Assembly (NCBI GenBank): GCA_973851085.1
Contig: OZ316775.1
Span: 19,902,001-19,966,000, forward strand
Direction: 5' to 3'
DNA from: Ptychomitrium polyphyllum
Lineage: Eukaryota
DNA: 64,000 nucleotides
The notes beneath the pieces were generated by a model, which searched no databases, was not told where the DNA came from, and was given only the letters and a program-made list of their open reading frames with translations. Numbering within the stretch: position 1 is the stretch's first letter; each line of letters begins with the position of its first letter. A program made the translations under genes and the position numbers. This document shows positions 49,109 to 63,717 of this stretch, in pieces.

Positions 49109-52100
49109 CTACATAGAATATTGAGAGCACAATCTTGTGAAGATCAATGCATTGTTGCTTTTAAATATGGCATTTTTAGCAAAAGATTTTTTGCCTATTT
49201 TAATTAGAAGCAAAATCACTTCTACAACATTATTACAATACAACTTGAATATTTATTGTAAAGATATAATTCCTAAAAATATAAATGAATGGTACCTATA
49301 TTGTGAGTTAAGAGAAGATATGTCCATATAAAACTTGAACTCTTTCAAAGATGTATTTTTTGGTGGCTTTGTTTTGTTCCACCTTTATTAAAACAATAAT
49401 CTCTTAATTTGGTTGGATAGCATTTTCAAGTGCATAGAGGTAATTTTTAATCACCTAAATTATGAAAAGCTAAAATAAAGTGGTGGCATTCACTTGCAAG
49501 AGTAAGAGAAGGCAAGAAGAACATTGCAAAGAAATGTTGGGAAAATGTCACTATTGAATTTATCCTTGCTTTGTAGTGTTTTCCTTCCACTAAAACCATC
49601 ATTAAAAAAAAACAAATTTCCATTAAAACATGAAATTTTGGAAATTTTGGAAATTTTGGCAAAAATTCCATTAGTTGTTTTAGGATGTAATGACATAGTT
49701 TTTTTTAATTGGAATAATAATGAAGATTCAAATTGACCTCTTTACTAAGCTTGGCATAAAATTAGTATTACTAATAAACATTAGTCTAGATTCTTTTGTC
49801 TCCATATATTAATAAACAATCTATAGACAATGAATTGTCTTGACTTTCAACCATAAATATGTAATTGTATTGTGTTACAATTCTAGGTAATCTTTTTGTG
49901 GTTAATAAGAAAAGTAGCTATAAAATAACTTTGTCCATAATCCCTTTAATTTAGTGTTTGACATTTTAGTCTCACATAATTTATTTCATGACTTCTTCAA
50001 TGAGTCCATATATGATTATTTGGAATTTCACTAACACATTAACAATACACATCCTGCAATATGGTTAGCTGACAACTAGCTTTTGCATTTAACAAACACT
50101 TGGTTCATATTACAACACTGCTTGGAAGATATCCAAATTCAAACACTAATTCTACATCCTTTATCCCTTCACCAACTTCTCCTTGTTAGCCTTAATGTAT
50201 CCTTCTTGGCAATCAATTTCTGTGTTTATATGGATGGTTTGTTGGTACTATTTGTCCATAATTCTACAAACTGTCCACTGTTATTTAATTATTTGATTTT
50301 TTAAAAAATGATTTATATCATAAAATACTTAATGATACTCAATTCTATCTACCAGTGATAACTATAATACTATCCAACAATTAGGTTAGATGTTATTATA
50401 ATACATACTTCTACATTTCTATATTACAGTTAATGCTCACCAGAATCCATAATTTTTCACACATCATGAGAACAGAATGTAAACTTAGCTTGGAGACAAC
50501 AACTGCATGTGATTTGTGCACTCATGAGCAGCATGCATGAAGGAGCTGTTCACACATTCATATTATTACTTCATATACAATACCAAAACTGAGGAATTTG
50601 AAACTCCTTTAACATGATACTTGACACCAACAGTCTTAGTTCTTCGTCTTACTTTTCCTTGGTTTGCTCTTGACAACCCTAAAAAGAAACAATAGGTTCT
50701 TTTGTTGATCATCTTTTAAAATAAAATTCTTAAGTTTCCTTTCAATAACGGAATTCTCCATTTATTTCTAAAAAAATAAATAAATGATTATTAGAATCAA
50801 AATCAATGTTCATGGATTTGTATAATTAGTGCAAATTCAAGAATGCGTAATTGGTATAAGATTCAAAAATCCAATACGATTCACCAATTCAAAAATTCCA
50901 TGATACTTCAAGATCATTGGTACATTAATCAATTTATTCAATTAACTTCTAATAACATCTTTTAATTGAATGCTTCTATATTATAATGAATGATTTCGAA
51001 ATAGTATTTCACATCTTTTAAGTAATATTTTCAAAACCCTTTTATTTTATATGATTTTTATATATGACTTGGAACCTCATCATTTTAGAAATAGATGAAA
51101 AATATTGTTATACAAAAAAATAAGTGCGTTTAAGCACATTTATGATACTAGTAAAGGCACTTTGTAGTAGTTGCAAACTTTACTTAGCAGTAGTTGGCAT
51201 TGAGTTTACTCAATGTTGACTATTGGTGTTATAGTTCACTAACTACACTAGAATAAAAGAATTTTTGATTGAAAGGACTATTGATTGCAGCTCTATGAAC
51301 ATGACATAAGCTTCCAAGTGGCCATGTGAAGATAGAATTCTGTTCAAAATAAGATTCTCTGGCATGATTATCATGAGTATGCAGAGCACCTCAACATGGG
51401 CCTGGGTCTAGTGTACAGAATCTGAAGAGTAGTGACATAGGTTTAGTGCACAGGGTTCCTAGCTCCAGAGGGTGGAATTCTACAGATTGTGGAATTAGAG
51501 ATGTATAATGCAGACTTTGATCCAATACATGTAAATCAATGATGTCAAGATGAATCTGATAGGTTTGCCATATGATCATGAAGCTGGTGCAGCAAGAAAA
51601 TCTACAGTTGCTTTTGCTAGGCACATTTTCAGGCTGGATGGGTAGGTTAACTGGACTCCATTTATCAATAGGTCCAAAGTTTGGATAAGTGATGCATACA
51701 GTATGTTGAGGACATGTACTGAACTTCCACAGTTTTAGGCCACTGGTAGCACATTAAAGGACACAAAAATCTGACATTGGTTTTCAATTGGACCAGGGTA
51801 AATGCAGATGATTAGTGCAGTATTTTTGGTATTAGTAAATGATGTGTTTAGAATTGTGTTTTCTTTCAAAAAAAAAAAAAAAAACAGAACCAGCGTCGTT
51901 AGATGAATTGTTTTTCACGTAATAGTATAAAAATTGCACAAGCACTGCTGTAAACCATGCCAGCTTCAGATGGAGCCATCATTCAGGCTGTTCACCTTCT
52001 CTTGCCCAAAAAACATCACTGTAAACCGTTCTACTAGGACAGTGCTGCGCACCTTCTCTAAGTGCTAAACATTTGTTAAACATTCTCCACAGTGGGTATC

Positions 52101-52443
52101 TGGCCCAGATGCTCGGCTGTAGAAGTGGTGCAGAATTCTGACTAAGCAATGCCATGCATTCATGCAGCAAAGTGGGTGATAATTGTTACGTTAGTCCTGA
52201 GTATGGCGTTTCCACCTTCTCAGCAAAAGGACCTTGCACTAAGAAGGCGAGTAGTTATTACCAGAGGAAGTAAAAGGTAATCTCACATCTGACGCCTTGA
52301 GTGCAAGTGTACAAATGTTCACCTAATTTTCTAACCAGAGTCGTAGTGTGAAAAAGCAAATGTTCACAAACAAATACCCCTTTAATGAAGCTAACGCTAC
52401 AAACTCAAGTGAATCTCAATTGGGATACAGTTTTGTAATGTAA

Positions 52444-54817
52444 TCAAGCGGGTGACTCGAGCTCAACGGTATTGTTGATGTTGGCAAAGCCATCGTTCTT
52501 CACTTGTGCAGAGACATCGTCGATGGCAGCGCTTAATTGGGCAATTCGCTCATTGAGATTTCTCCTTGTTGTCTGCATAGAAAGACCCTCATCACTATAT
52601 GATTTAAACAAGAAGAAAAGAAAATGTAATAAACACAGATATTGCAGGAAGTCCTGACCAGGTGCATGAAAGTCTGAAAACCACTAAATGGCAACATAAT
52701 ATTATCATACCAGATCATTTAAGGAAATGAGATCAGAACCCACTTGCATATCATGTACCTCATATTAAAAGAAAATTAGTATCAAAGGAGCTCACCTCAA
52801 GACTTTCATCATCTTCCATTTTTGATTCCAATTCATCTTCCTTCTCAGAAGTGGCCCGTTCCAATGACTTGGTGATCTGACATTCAAATCACGATGGAAA
52901 CTGTCACGCTTTGAGTCATTTTTAAGACTACATCTCTCCCAACACAAGTTTGTGACGAGGGACACCACTTACGAGATTAGTTTAAAATCACAAAGTATGT
53001 TTATTTCTACAGATTTTAAACATATTCTCTAGAGATCCAGTAGCATCTGCCCTAGAACATTCTTATAAAACAGCAACCATTAATAACAACGCCTAGAGAG
53101 AAACAGTAGGATCTTCATTACTAAAATTGCTTCTTCAGAATATCAATAATTCTGCCTGTGAAGAAACAACCAAATAACCAACCAAGAATGTTTAGCTTTA
53201 ATTTCCTGTATGTTATACCAAAAATGTAAGCAAATATAGAGACATACCTGGGGTGCAAGCACGTAGCCTAAAGCACCGAAGACTAAGCCACCAAGAAAGA
53301 AACCAGCCATAAAGTCACCCCCACCTCCTCGTCTGTTCAGGCATACCAGAACAATCAGTAAAAACACCCAAATGGTTTAGAGCTACAGCATATCGAGTCA
53401 CTCACGATTGATGCCCTCTTAATTTAAAAATTAGCATATCCAGATTATTTAGATCGTAGAAGCCCACCAGGTCTAAATTGAATGTCGAGGTCGCTCTTGT
53501 ACTCAATCCACTATGAATCAGGCAATTAAAATGATCACGTACCTATATTCAGCAATAACAAGGGCTCGGCGGCCAGAGATTTGTGACGGCCAAATCCGCT
53601 TCTGAGTAAGCCTCAGTGACGACCTCTGAGAATTCGAGGAGGAAGCACCTGCTGACAATGTGAATCCACGTTAACACATCACCATAGAATGTTGCGCTCT
53701 TTCCAAGCTCAACTATGTACATATTCATCTGAAAGAAAATCGCATCCTCACAAAGTATGTTCCTGTGCTTCCCCCAAACACTCCAAAACAGGGATAACGA
53801 TATTAACATCCAAAACTTTGCTAAGGACACATAAGTGCCAGTATACCCCTAAGTTCTCTACACGGTGCAGTTTGGGATCTTCTTATGTTTGTACTTGTGA
53901 TTGTGCATACGACGCCCCAATCTTCTCAAAAACAACTCATTCGTAGGTTTTAAATACCTCGACCTAATAGCGCTTCGCAACTATCTATCCTGATGTGCTT
54001 TGTGAATGCGGAAGACCTTCGATTTAGTGAACCGAGCACACGATAAGACTATGCGACCTATAGCATCATCATACAATAACCATACATCTATCAAATACTA
54101 CAACACCTACACTCTCTGCCTCGACTAACTTGCCGCTCCTTATCTGGTGAGCGCTCAAGAATCAGTCGCTTCATATTCTCCACCAACGAGTAAAGTAAAA
54201 CGGAGATCACCACGACTCTAAGCTTCTAGAAATTCTGATTAGCTGATATTGAGCCACGAGAAAAACTCAACACGCTACAGAGAGCAAAGCGCCTGTATGC
54301 TACAGATTTTCCTACATAGCCAAGCATTTCAAATGCAAAAATTAGCTCCAGTACCCAAAGAAATGCGAAGGTGAAATATAGGGTTGAATGCGCCTGCGTT
54401 CCATAGAGATCATGAAGGTCACAGAAAAGGCAACACCCCTACCAGAGTGCTCGCAAGGACCCGTCGATCAAAGGAATTGCGAACAAATTCCTCTAATATG
54501 CTAACGAAACGGAAACACGTTAATGCAAAGATACCCAAAGATAGCAACCCCGCGCGCTCAAAAAGACTTGAAAACTATGCGCCGAACAAATCCGGACTCA
54601 CAGACCTAAAAGAGAAAAGAAAATCCTTATCCAACAAAACTCTTTCCTCTAAGAAACTCCAAACCTGCAATATCCACATAACCCATCAAACGCAAGCGCT
54701 CGAGAATGCAGCTTCACGTTGCGAGCGAGAAAGAGGAGAGAGGCGTGGAGCACCTGGAAGAGGCAATGTAGGAGCCCAAAATGCGGACCGGAGAGCAGAC
54801 GCTGCAGAGGCAGCCAT
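52444..54817 (-). CDS. Small plastid envelope membrane protein, At1g42960/At5g16660-like, 5 exons, ~154 aa
   Basis: Exons 54817-54754, 53648-53543, 53332-53248, 52876-52796, 52572-52444 join in frame. Ser/Ala/Arg-rich transit-like N-terminus; GDFMAGFFLGGLVFGALGYVLAPQ transmembrane segment; LETTRRNLNERIAQLSAAIDDVS coil. Confidence 0.85.
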
Positions 54818-55780
54818 GGTGGTGGGAATCAAGCTCGCGCTTCGATTGTCGACGAACGGCGCGTTTGATCAAATGCAGTGGAACAGCGAAGCCAGACACT
54901 GACAAAGGATTTGTGAGAAGGGTCGGACTGCCGTGATGCCTATGAATCTAGAGCCTGAGACGACGACGATGGGGCGATGAGAACGAGGGCGCAAGAGGGA
55001 AAAGCGAGGTGACTCACCTAACAGGAAAAAGTACAAACCTCTTGGTGAAAAAACATTTAAGCACTCGCGGAAACGATTATTTTAAGAAAACCCCCAAGAT
55101 CATCTGCTCACATGCCTCGTTGGCGGATTTGCAGCGAAAGCCAGATGTGCCGCTGAAAACTGCTCGGACCTCCTCTCGGCGACGATGACCACCACACAGT
55201 CCCTTTGATTTGTTGCATTTGTGGCTTGCAGCTTTCGATCCTCTCCATCTCCAGCCGATGTGGAGAACAACCATCACCATCATGCATTTGGAAGTTGATA
55301 GTTTAGTACAATGTGGTGAGTTTTACTTCTGTCTACTTCGCAACTGAAAAGATCATTTTCATCAACTTAGCCTGCCAGTGAGATTATGATCGCGTTGATG
55401 AGCTTCGAGAAATTTTGGGGTTTCTGGAGATACCTGTAGGTCGGAATTAGGGGTTGCTGTGCTGTTGACAGCTGAAGTGAGAGAGTAGAAGGCCGGTTTT
55501 TTACGTTGTAGGTGTGAGTTGGAGGTTGCTGGGTCCAGTGCGCGCGGGAAGTTTCACTCTTCAAACAGTTGTTCATTAGACGGTAGAGCTTCGGTTTGCA
55601 TACGCTTGAGATTGTTCTTGGCTTGGCTGTGGAGGTTTTGGAGCCAAGAACGGGATGACGCTTTGTTTAGCGGGCATGCAGGGCAATGGCAGCTCAGTTT
55701 TCTTTACAAACACCTCAGATTGATTGATTTCGAGAAGTAGGAGAAGCGGCGGTTGGTTTGAAGAGGAGGAGACGGGAGTT

Positions 55781-58700
55781 ATGGCGGAAGTTCGATATCT
55801 TGAGGTCCAGAAGGGCTTGAAGTCTGATATCTTGACGCTTCTGGCGATTGTGGTGTGGCTGGGACTATTTCATCTCAACTTCCTGGTTGTCGTGCTCTGT
55901 TTGTGGAATTTGCGTAGTCCTTGGGCGGTCACGTAAGCTCACTCGTGCCTCACTTATTGATGATTCGGAAACTAGGGCATGGGAATTTTGATTGTTTGTG
56001 GGGAGGTTGTTGTGCTTTTTGTCGTCGCTGACGGGAGAGAATGTGATTGTGTGGTATAATGTTGCATTTTGAGGATTCGGATGTCGTCATCCAGACTTGG
56101 TGTTGAAAAGCAAGGCCCCACATATCAACGGATTTTCGTTCAGTCTTTGGCGTCTTTTGGCTAGTAATAATTTGTTTCTTATGAGAATCAGAGGCACAAG
56201 ATGTCTCATCTCTCTGCTGAATATCAAGACTGTTTCTCATCATAGTCTGTGGAAAGATTTTTTAGAACCTTGATAGTGCATCACATAAGTTGATAATGTG
56301 TTTGAAGTAGTAAATTAAGGAAGAGTTGATTACTGGAGATGTGCAGATTACTGGCATTCTGGGTTGCGCTCGTCTTCATCCCTGTTCGAAATGACAGTGG
56401 CCTGGGGCAGTCAGTCGCTAGGTTCATCTGTAAATATGCACCAGCGTATTTCCCTATCAAAGTGGTCTTTGAGGATGAGAGCGCCTTTAGTTTGAAGCAA
56501 TCTTATGGTGGGTGGTACTTACACACCTTTGTTCTGGTGCAGCTTACTGTTGCACAAGTTTAGTACAGTTTTAATCAGCCAATGCTAATGAGAAACTTTA
56601 GAGTCGGAATTTTTTCAATGAAAATCTGAATGAAGATGGAGCTCATCCAGGTTAACGTTCAAATATGTTTTAGTTTATCGCAGATTGTATTAGTGCTGAT
56701 TTAAGTTTCTAGAGGTGTTTTGGCTTTATTAAAGAATTTGATGAAAATTTATTTGGTGGCAATTTCCTGTCCCCGTTGTGTCTTAATCTTGTATGCTTGG
56801 AGTCGATAGTGATTGCAGGAGAGCCGCATTCTTTGCTACCGATTGGCATCATTTGTTTGACTCCTCAATGCGGGGTCATTCCGGTCTCTAATCTACGTGC
56901 TCTTGCAACCTCAGCAGTGAGTTTTTCCCTTGCTACATGAACTGATTTTTAGGATGAGTTTGCAGATTTGGTTTACACATGGTTTGACTATGGACTTGCA
57001 GCAGTTACTAAAGATTCTAGGCTTAGTAGGCAGACTGAGAACTTGGTGTTTGGGGGTTTAGGGTTTTACATATACGTACAGGGTTATGTATTGAAACCGA
57101 TATGTTGAAATTGAGTCGGAATGGCAGGTTTTCTGGACACCGGTTGTGCGGCATGTTTGGTCATGGCTGGGGTTGGCGCCCGTATCAAGGAAATATTTTA
57201 CAGAATTACTTCAAAGAGGGACGAGTGTTATAATTATACCCGGAGGCGTTCAAGAGTGCCTGTACATGGAATGTGGCCGTGAGGTTTGTGTAATGCTATA
57301 TTGAACTTCCCCATGTCTTTGTGCGAGAGTTCTCATGATAGGGGCGAGGTTTTTCTGACTAGGTCAAGGTTTTGGTAAGGGCTGGTTTGATATTTTACTT
57401 AATTTCACGTGGTATGAAGATTCGAATTTGTCTTTTGGAACACACACTTCGGTCAATGCTGATTGAAATTGATGTTGAGTATGATACGAGGAGCAGGAAA
57501 TACAGGATGGCATTAAGCAAAATTATCGATTTTTAAACCTTACGTGAAATAATTTGTGAATAGACTCCACGTGCCATCGTAATGAAATAGTTTATTTTAT
57601 AAATCTTCAGGGGATGGGGAGAAGAAGAAGCCAGCTTGTAGTGGTCTTTCGTTTAACCAAGTGCTTCTACTTACCGGACCTGTGCTCATGTGGTCCTATA
57701 TGTTTTTAGGTGGCTTACCTGAAGAAGAGATATGGATTCGTTAAGGTTGCCATGGAAGCTGGCGCACATATTGTACCTACCTTCTGCTTTGGTCAGGTGT
57801 GTATTTAGTTACAAATTGCGCTGTTGAATATTTTTCCTTTTCGTAGGAATAACTCCTTAGAAATAGATATGGACGTAGCAGTAAGCGAGTGTTAGGACAT
57901 TGGGATTGTAGTGAGCAAGTATCGAAATGCTGATAGTTGGTCCCTCGTCGGTCTCTTCTACCTGCAGGTATTTAAAAGAGATCACTGGTTCACTTTTGTC
58001 TTCAGCTTTGTTAGAGAATATTTGGTATTAGAGTGTAGTTGCAGGCAAAGAGTAGTTGGAATGGATGTATCTATTGAAAAACCGTCAACGATATCCTTGT
58101 TGTCCAGACAAACAACTATAGATGGTGGAAACCTACAGGGCAGTGGTACAGTCAACTGTCTCGAGCAATTGGCTTCACGCCTTTAGTATTTTGGGGTAGA
58201 TATGGGTATGGATTCTGCCACTTTTCATATTTTAAATTTTTATTTTACCACCACTAAGTATTTCTCTATTATTTAGTTTGTTTAATAGTTATTACAGTGC
58301 ACTTAGAATCATGACTGCTGTATAAGATGTTTGTATCTAGTTTCTGGCACGCGCCTGAGTTTTTTCCTAAATTTTGCTCTGTGCTCTCCAAGTACAATTC
58401 AAGATAATGTACAGTTATGGATAAGTTTACTGACCTTGATACTACTGATTATGGTGATTTGTTGCAGAACACCAATACCATTTCGATCACCTATGACTTA
58501 CGTGATTGGAAAGCCAATCGAAGTAATGAAAAATCCTCAGGCAACTCATGAAGAAGTAACTTTCATCTCCTGGACATCTCCTAAACATCTGGTTGCTTTG
58601 CTTTAGAGTTCACGCGGCTAGTAGGTTTGTATGGATCAGGCATAAATTACGTTTGGCTGAATTTGTGCTTCTGCATATGTAGGATATCTTGTTCTAGAAT

Positions 58701-58947
58701 CGCTTCGTGCAAGTAGTATACTGTATTTATCAGACGTATGGCTCTTGTATAGTCACTTTAAAGTTAAATCTGCAATCCATTTCAAAGTAGTGCTAGTCAT
58801 AGAACTTCTATTTCAATCCACTAATTTTGGGGCTCCTTCGTGCAGGTGGCTGCGGTCCTCGAACAATACGTTAAGGCCGTCGAGGTCCTCTTTGAAAACC
58901 ACAAAGCTGCAGCAGGATTTAAAGATCTTTCGTTGCATGTTTACTGA
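55781..58947 (+). CDS. DGAT2: Diacylglycerol O-acyltransferase 2, 8 exons, ~316 aa
   Basis: Exons 55781-55932, 56347-56507, 56810-56916, 57128-57283, 57710-57796, 58108-58205, 58468-58555, 58846-58947 total 951 nt. Motifs [39 protein letters not shown]. Confidence 0.93.
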
Positions 58948-61489
58948 TTATTCCATTATCCACTGAGTCTTTTTTCTCTCAATTGAATGTGTAGCCATCA
59001 TCCACATGTACAAGCAGGGCAGGTGTGGTACTGTAACCATTTTTCAAAATAATTAAGTCATTTGAGGTATTCAATAGGGGGATTGAAGCCCCCATTTTAC
59101 TGACCTAAATCCAATTTAACGTAATTACTGGCCAGGTGAACGTGATTGCAAGTTTTTTTTTTTTTTTGGATATTTTGGTCTCTAATACCTCTTGTGTGCA
59201 TCTATACATGTGGAGCTGCATAATAGGCAGTTCTTGTCATGATTTTTGGTGATCGTTTTAGCCTGTGGCTGACTACGAGGAACTTCAATTATTTCCTATG
59301 AACTTGATCACTGTTACTTTGGAGTCATTTATTGATCTATACTTTGTGTCTTCATTATATACGATCGGGAAGGAGCGTCTTGTTGAGAAATGATCGTTGG
59401 ATAATTTCCTTCGATTGGCACAGGAACACTTCACATGTCATCAAACTTCTTGAATACCATTATACGCTCTCAATTGAGTTTGAGAGGGGTTGGGTTGCGG
59501 TTACACTTGCATGCTGTCTTGAGTATCTGTGTTTCCGGGTTCGGTATAAACTCGTGTTAGGGTGTTCGGGGAGGGGGAAATTGTTATTTGAAGAGCGAGT
59601 CTTGAAAACAAGCTTCAAGACGTGTTGGATCGGTAGTTGAAATCTGGGGAACTCGCAAGTGCTCCAAGTTTTTCAACAGAAGACCCTGAGTTTGCCAGTC
59701 TTCCCAGACTTCAGGTGTGTAGAGCATGTGAACTAAACTAAACAACACAAATAGAGAATTTTAGTGACTTTGCTCTAGGCAAAGAACACCCACCTTCTTT
59801 ACTTGTTACTCCCTCTGGAATTGAGGTCGAGCGGCGAGCGTTCGAGAGAGCTAGGAGAGCAACAGCTGCTTCTGGCGGCCGTATTTTGTTTAAAGTTTCT
59901 GACGATACCACAATTTTTTAGTTGAAGTTACAAGTATGGGAATCTCTTGCGGTATGATTCCTTTCTCTCTTACTTGCTTTGTGAAGGTCTTGAATAGAAC
60001 CTTTGGACTACCCTTAGGAACAATATTACAAAATGGTAATTAAGCATACTTGGCAATGGTATGGGGCTTTGAGAATTCATACCAATATATGTGGCATTTA
60101 CTCATGGGTTAGAAACGAGAGTTGCATTGGAACCTTTGGTGGATCCTTTTTTTCAAAATGCAGTCCCTTAATTGTTCTGAAATGCTTAAAGTTTTATGTG
60201 GACGTACTCCAGCATTTTTAATTGTTGACGTTAAAAAGCGAGTTGTGAAACTTGCTTTTGTCAAAGCTGGTTTTTTCTTAGCATACGTCGCTACCAAGGC
60301 GTGTATTTCGTTCCTCAAAAGTTTCCGTCTCAAGCCTGAAATATGTCATGGAAGTTCTGGAAACAGAGTTTTCTTTACCGACAAACTTGTAGAAGCCCGA
60401 CTATCGTTTACCAGCGCTCCGCATCTTACCGACCTGTAAATGGTGAGTTAAGCTGAGTCGGGTGTTAGTTGCAGTGACTTAAAACAGACATTTCTAAAGA
60501 CATTTTTTGCTCTTCAAATCACCACTTCAGATCCAGAGAGATCTACCAACTTACAGGTCTATCGCTTACATGATTTACTATTTAAGCCTACAGTTATGTC
60601 AAGAACCGTTTTTATAGGGAAGCTGAGAGGGCGCACAAGTCGTTGAGACCTGGCAAAGTGGCTGCTTTCTGATTAATGTAGGGCTTCACTTTCCTTGTAG
60701 TCATCCTCACGGGTCTTTTTGCTGTCTTGTTTCCTCTATTTTAGCTGTTCCGAGCAGGTTTGTCCTGCAAGCAAATTTTGGGGTTCTCTCAGATTCTGCT
60801 TTTTGATTGGTATGATCCACATGCCGGAATAGCGAGAGACTGTGAACCTGGTCATTAACCATTACATATGAATATCTGTTCATGATGATTGATCACATTA
60901 GTATAATTTGGGGAAAGGTGTTACTCGTCGATATTGCTGGAGACATCAAGAAGTCTTGTAATATTTAAGAATTTCTCACGCCAAGCTTGGTGCTTGGAGA
61001 GCTTCATGAATATGCACTGGAGGTTTTCGGAGCCTACATACTGATGGCGACTTTGGAGATTACCGTTAACAAAATCATCTCACTAAACTATCGCAAGACA
61101 ATGACCAGGGTACCAAAAGTGTGCTGCCATGGTAAGCCCTTTGATGTTCCATACACAGTTTTCAACTGCACACAGGTCTTACTTCTCTTGATTTCCTTGT
61201 CAGATTCTACAGATTTCTGGAAAGACTTGAACTGGCGCATATAAGGAACAGATGATGACTATTTGCATGTATCGAGTCCTAATATTCGCGTTAGGGTTTA
61301 GATTCATGAAGTGCATTCAAGTAGATTAAAGCTTGGAAGTCACACTGTTTGGCAAAAACCACAATTATAATTGACAAGTTGACATTCGTTCTTTACTTTG
61401 TAGAATCTCAGAGCGTGGCAGAGTTGGATGGTAAAGCAGATCATGATATAGGGAACCTGGCACATGAATCATGCCAGACAGCTCTTAGC

Positions 61490-63252
61490 ATGAGTGAGAT
61501 GGAAGTGGTGAGCAGCCTGGCCCAGGTGGTAGACTGTGAACGCCATGCTCATTCCCAACTCAGAGGTGGAGGATCTCCCCGTGTGCATGAGCATACTTGT
61601 GCAAGTGGACGAGGTGCGCCCAATTCAGTCACTTGGACTTCAAGCTCTCCTGGTGCAAACGACCAATTGTACTCAACTATTCCTAATGTAACCAAAATTA
61701 TACCACGTCCTGGTAGTCAACCATCGCCACCGAAAGGTCCGAAAGCAAAATGGAATTCCGATGTAAGGTGCAATTGGCCTCCAACTTCTCCACCTAGAGG
61801 AGCTGCGAGTGCGTCTGCAAAAAGACTAGCTGCTGCACCGGATTCCAGGACGAGAGATGCAGCAGTGATGACATTTCCTGCAATCAATGCCGGAGAATTG
61901 ATCAAGAAGGTGGAAGCTTTGGAGTTAGAACTGGACGTTCATGTTGGGAATGAACGCCAGCTATTATCGGTTAATGACCAGCTACGTAAAAGGTATGTCA
62001 TTGTGATTGGTTATTACTGCCTTGCATTAATAGCATTCGGAAATCGGAATTACTGGGTTTTGTAGTAATGGTTTGGTTGTGCAATAGCCTGACAATATAG
62101 CTAACAGCTGATGATGTTTCAATGTCAGGCAGATTGGAAGTGTGCTTGCGTGAGTTGAATGATGCCGGAATGATGAATATACAGCTTGATAATCTCAACG
62201 ATGAGATGGAGAAAATTCTCCGGCTCCTCCGGCATTTGTCGGAGAGGTACTCCATAAAGAGCCTATAACAGTTCCACGACTTCATTTCTGAGACTTGGCG
62301 CAAGAGTTGCATTAATACCTACATCTCACCGAAACCCTTGGTTCTTTGCTTCATTTGCTTCATTTACAAGTGACAGCCTGCTACAATTTAACTTTGAGGA
62401 TTAGATGAAAATGCAGAAAGTATGTAGGAAATTTTTGACACAGTAACAAGTAAGGGCATTTGTTTATGGAATCTCATACAAGACTGAAACGTTACTTGCG
62501 TACAGGAATGCAGCATTAGAGAAAGAGAAGGCTCAAATGCAGGCCAAACTTGAGAGAGAAGCGACACTGAACAAATTCCAAGCTTCAAGGATGCTCAGAG
62601 GAGGCAAGGCTGAGGATCGTGATGCAGATCTTTGTGACGCAGAGTGCCAGACTATCTGCTCTTGCCAACAGGTAAGAATGCGAACCATACTTGATCATTC
62701 TAGTGTGATCTTGCCTCAACTTAACGTTGGTATGTAAATACGGAAGGACATTAGAGTTCAGGATTCATGTTGTCATGTATAATTTTGTATTTGACAATCT
62801 GAGGGCTATTTTCTTGAATCAATTATCTTTAACCTCAGGACACTGAGCAGACAGATCTATATAATGACCTGACTTCAGTTGATTTTACTAATTCCACTTG
62901 ATGCTCACCTTTTTGAGATGTTTTGTCTTTCAAGGTCAAAACCTGGAACCTGAAGGCAGCTGACTGTTATTTCCTCTTGCTTTGTTTGAGCTGCTCAGGT
63001 GGATTTAACCAGGAAGAGGAGAAGAGAACGAAAGAGATGGTTGAAGGAGGAAGATACTCCTAACAGCAATCAACCACGATCGAAATCACTCTCTCCTACA
63101 CAGGTACGAAAAGCCTATACTACTGGCCCCCAATCTTTAATATCAGAGGTGACATGCTTATGATTCGAGTTGGATGACATGCTGTCTTTCAATTACAAAA
63201 TATAGCTATATTTACAATTTGGATTGTTCTCATTAACCAACAGCGCAGCTAG
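61490..63252 (+). CDS. Uncharacterised coiled-coil protein (start and last exon uncertain)
   Basis: Long exon ending at 61992 splices in frame to 62133-62246, 62506-62671 and 62999-63103, with a possible mini terminal exon 63244-63252. Heptad-rich ELIKKVEALELEL...LRKRLE...LEKEKAQMQAKLE. Confidence 0.6.
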
Positions 63253-63717
63253 TCTTTAAATTTCAGTAAATCCTCACAAATCCTTGCCTAGTGAAGTACT
63301 TTTTCTACCAAAGCTTAGCAGGCTACTCATTTTCTCGTTCTAGAACTTGATGAAACTAGTTTTCCAGATTAAATGTTTGTCGGCTGAATGATGTGGTTAA
63401 AATTTTTGTACTCGAGAATTATGTTGTTAAGTAACTGAAAGGATTAGGTTAATGATGCAACGACTATCAAAGCTCCTCTGGGGTTGCAGGATCCTAACTT
63501 GCAGAAATGAACGCATTCCACAGTTATAGCAGTATGAAGAATATATTGCACTCGACGAGAACTTTTTAATTTACACGAGAATTTATATTGAACTCAAACA
63601 CATCTTTAGTGTGCTATTACTGTACATACAACAGCTTACACCAAGCTATTGTGTTCCGAGCGTTTAACGTCAAGGGTGGTGCAGTGCTGAACTTTATTCA
63701 GTAACTCGCCCAGCAGC

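Noticed and set aside
54384..54902. 172-aa plus-strand ORF
   Set aside because: Antisense to exon 1 and intron 1 of the plastid envelope gene; low complexity, no domain.
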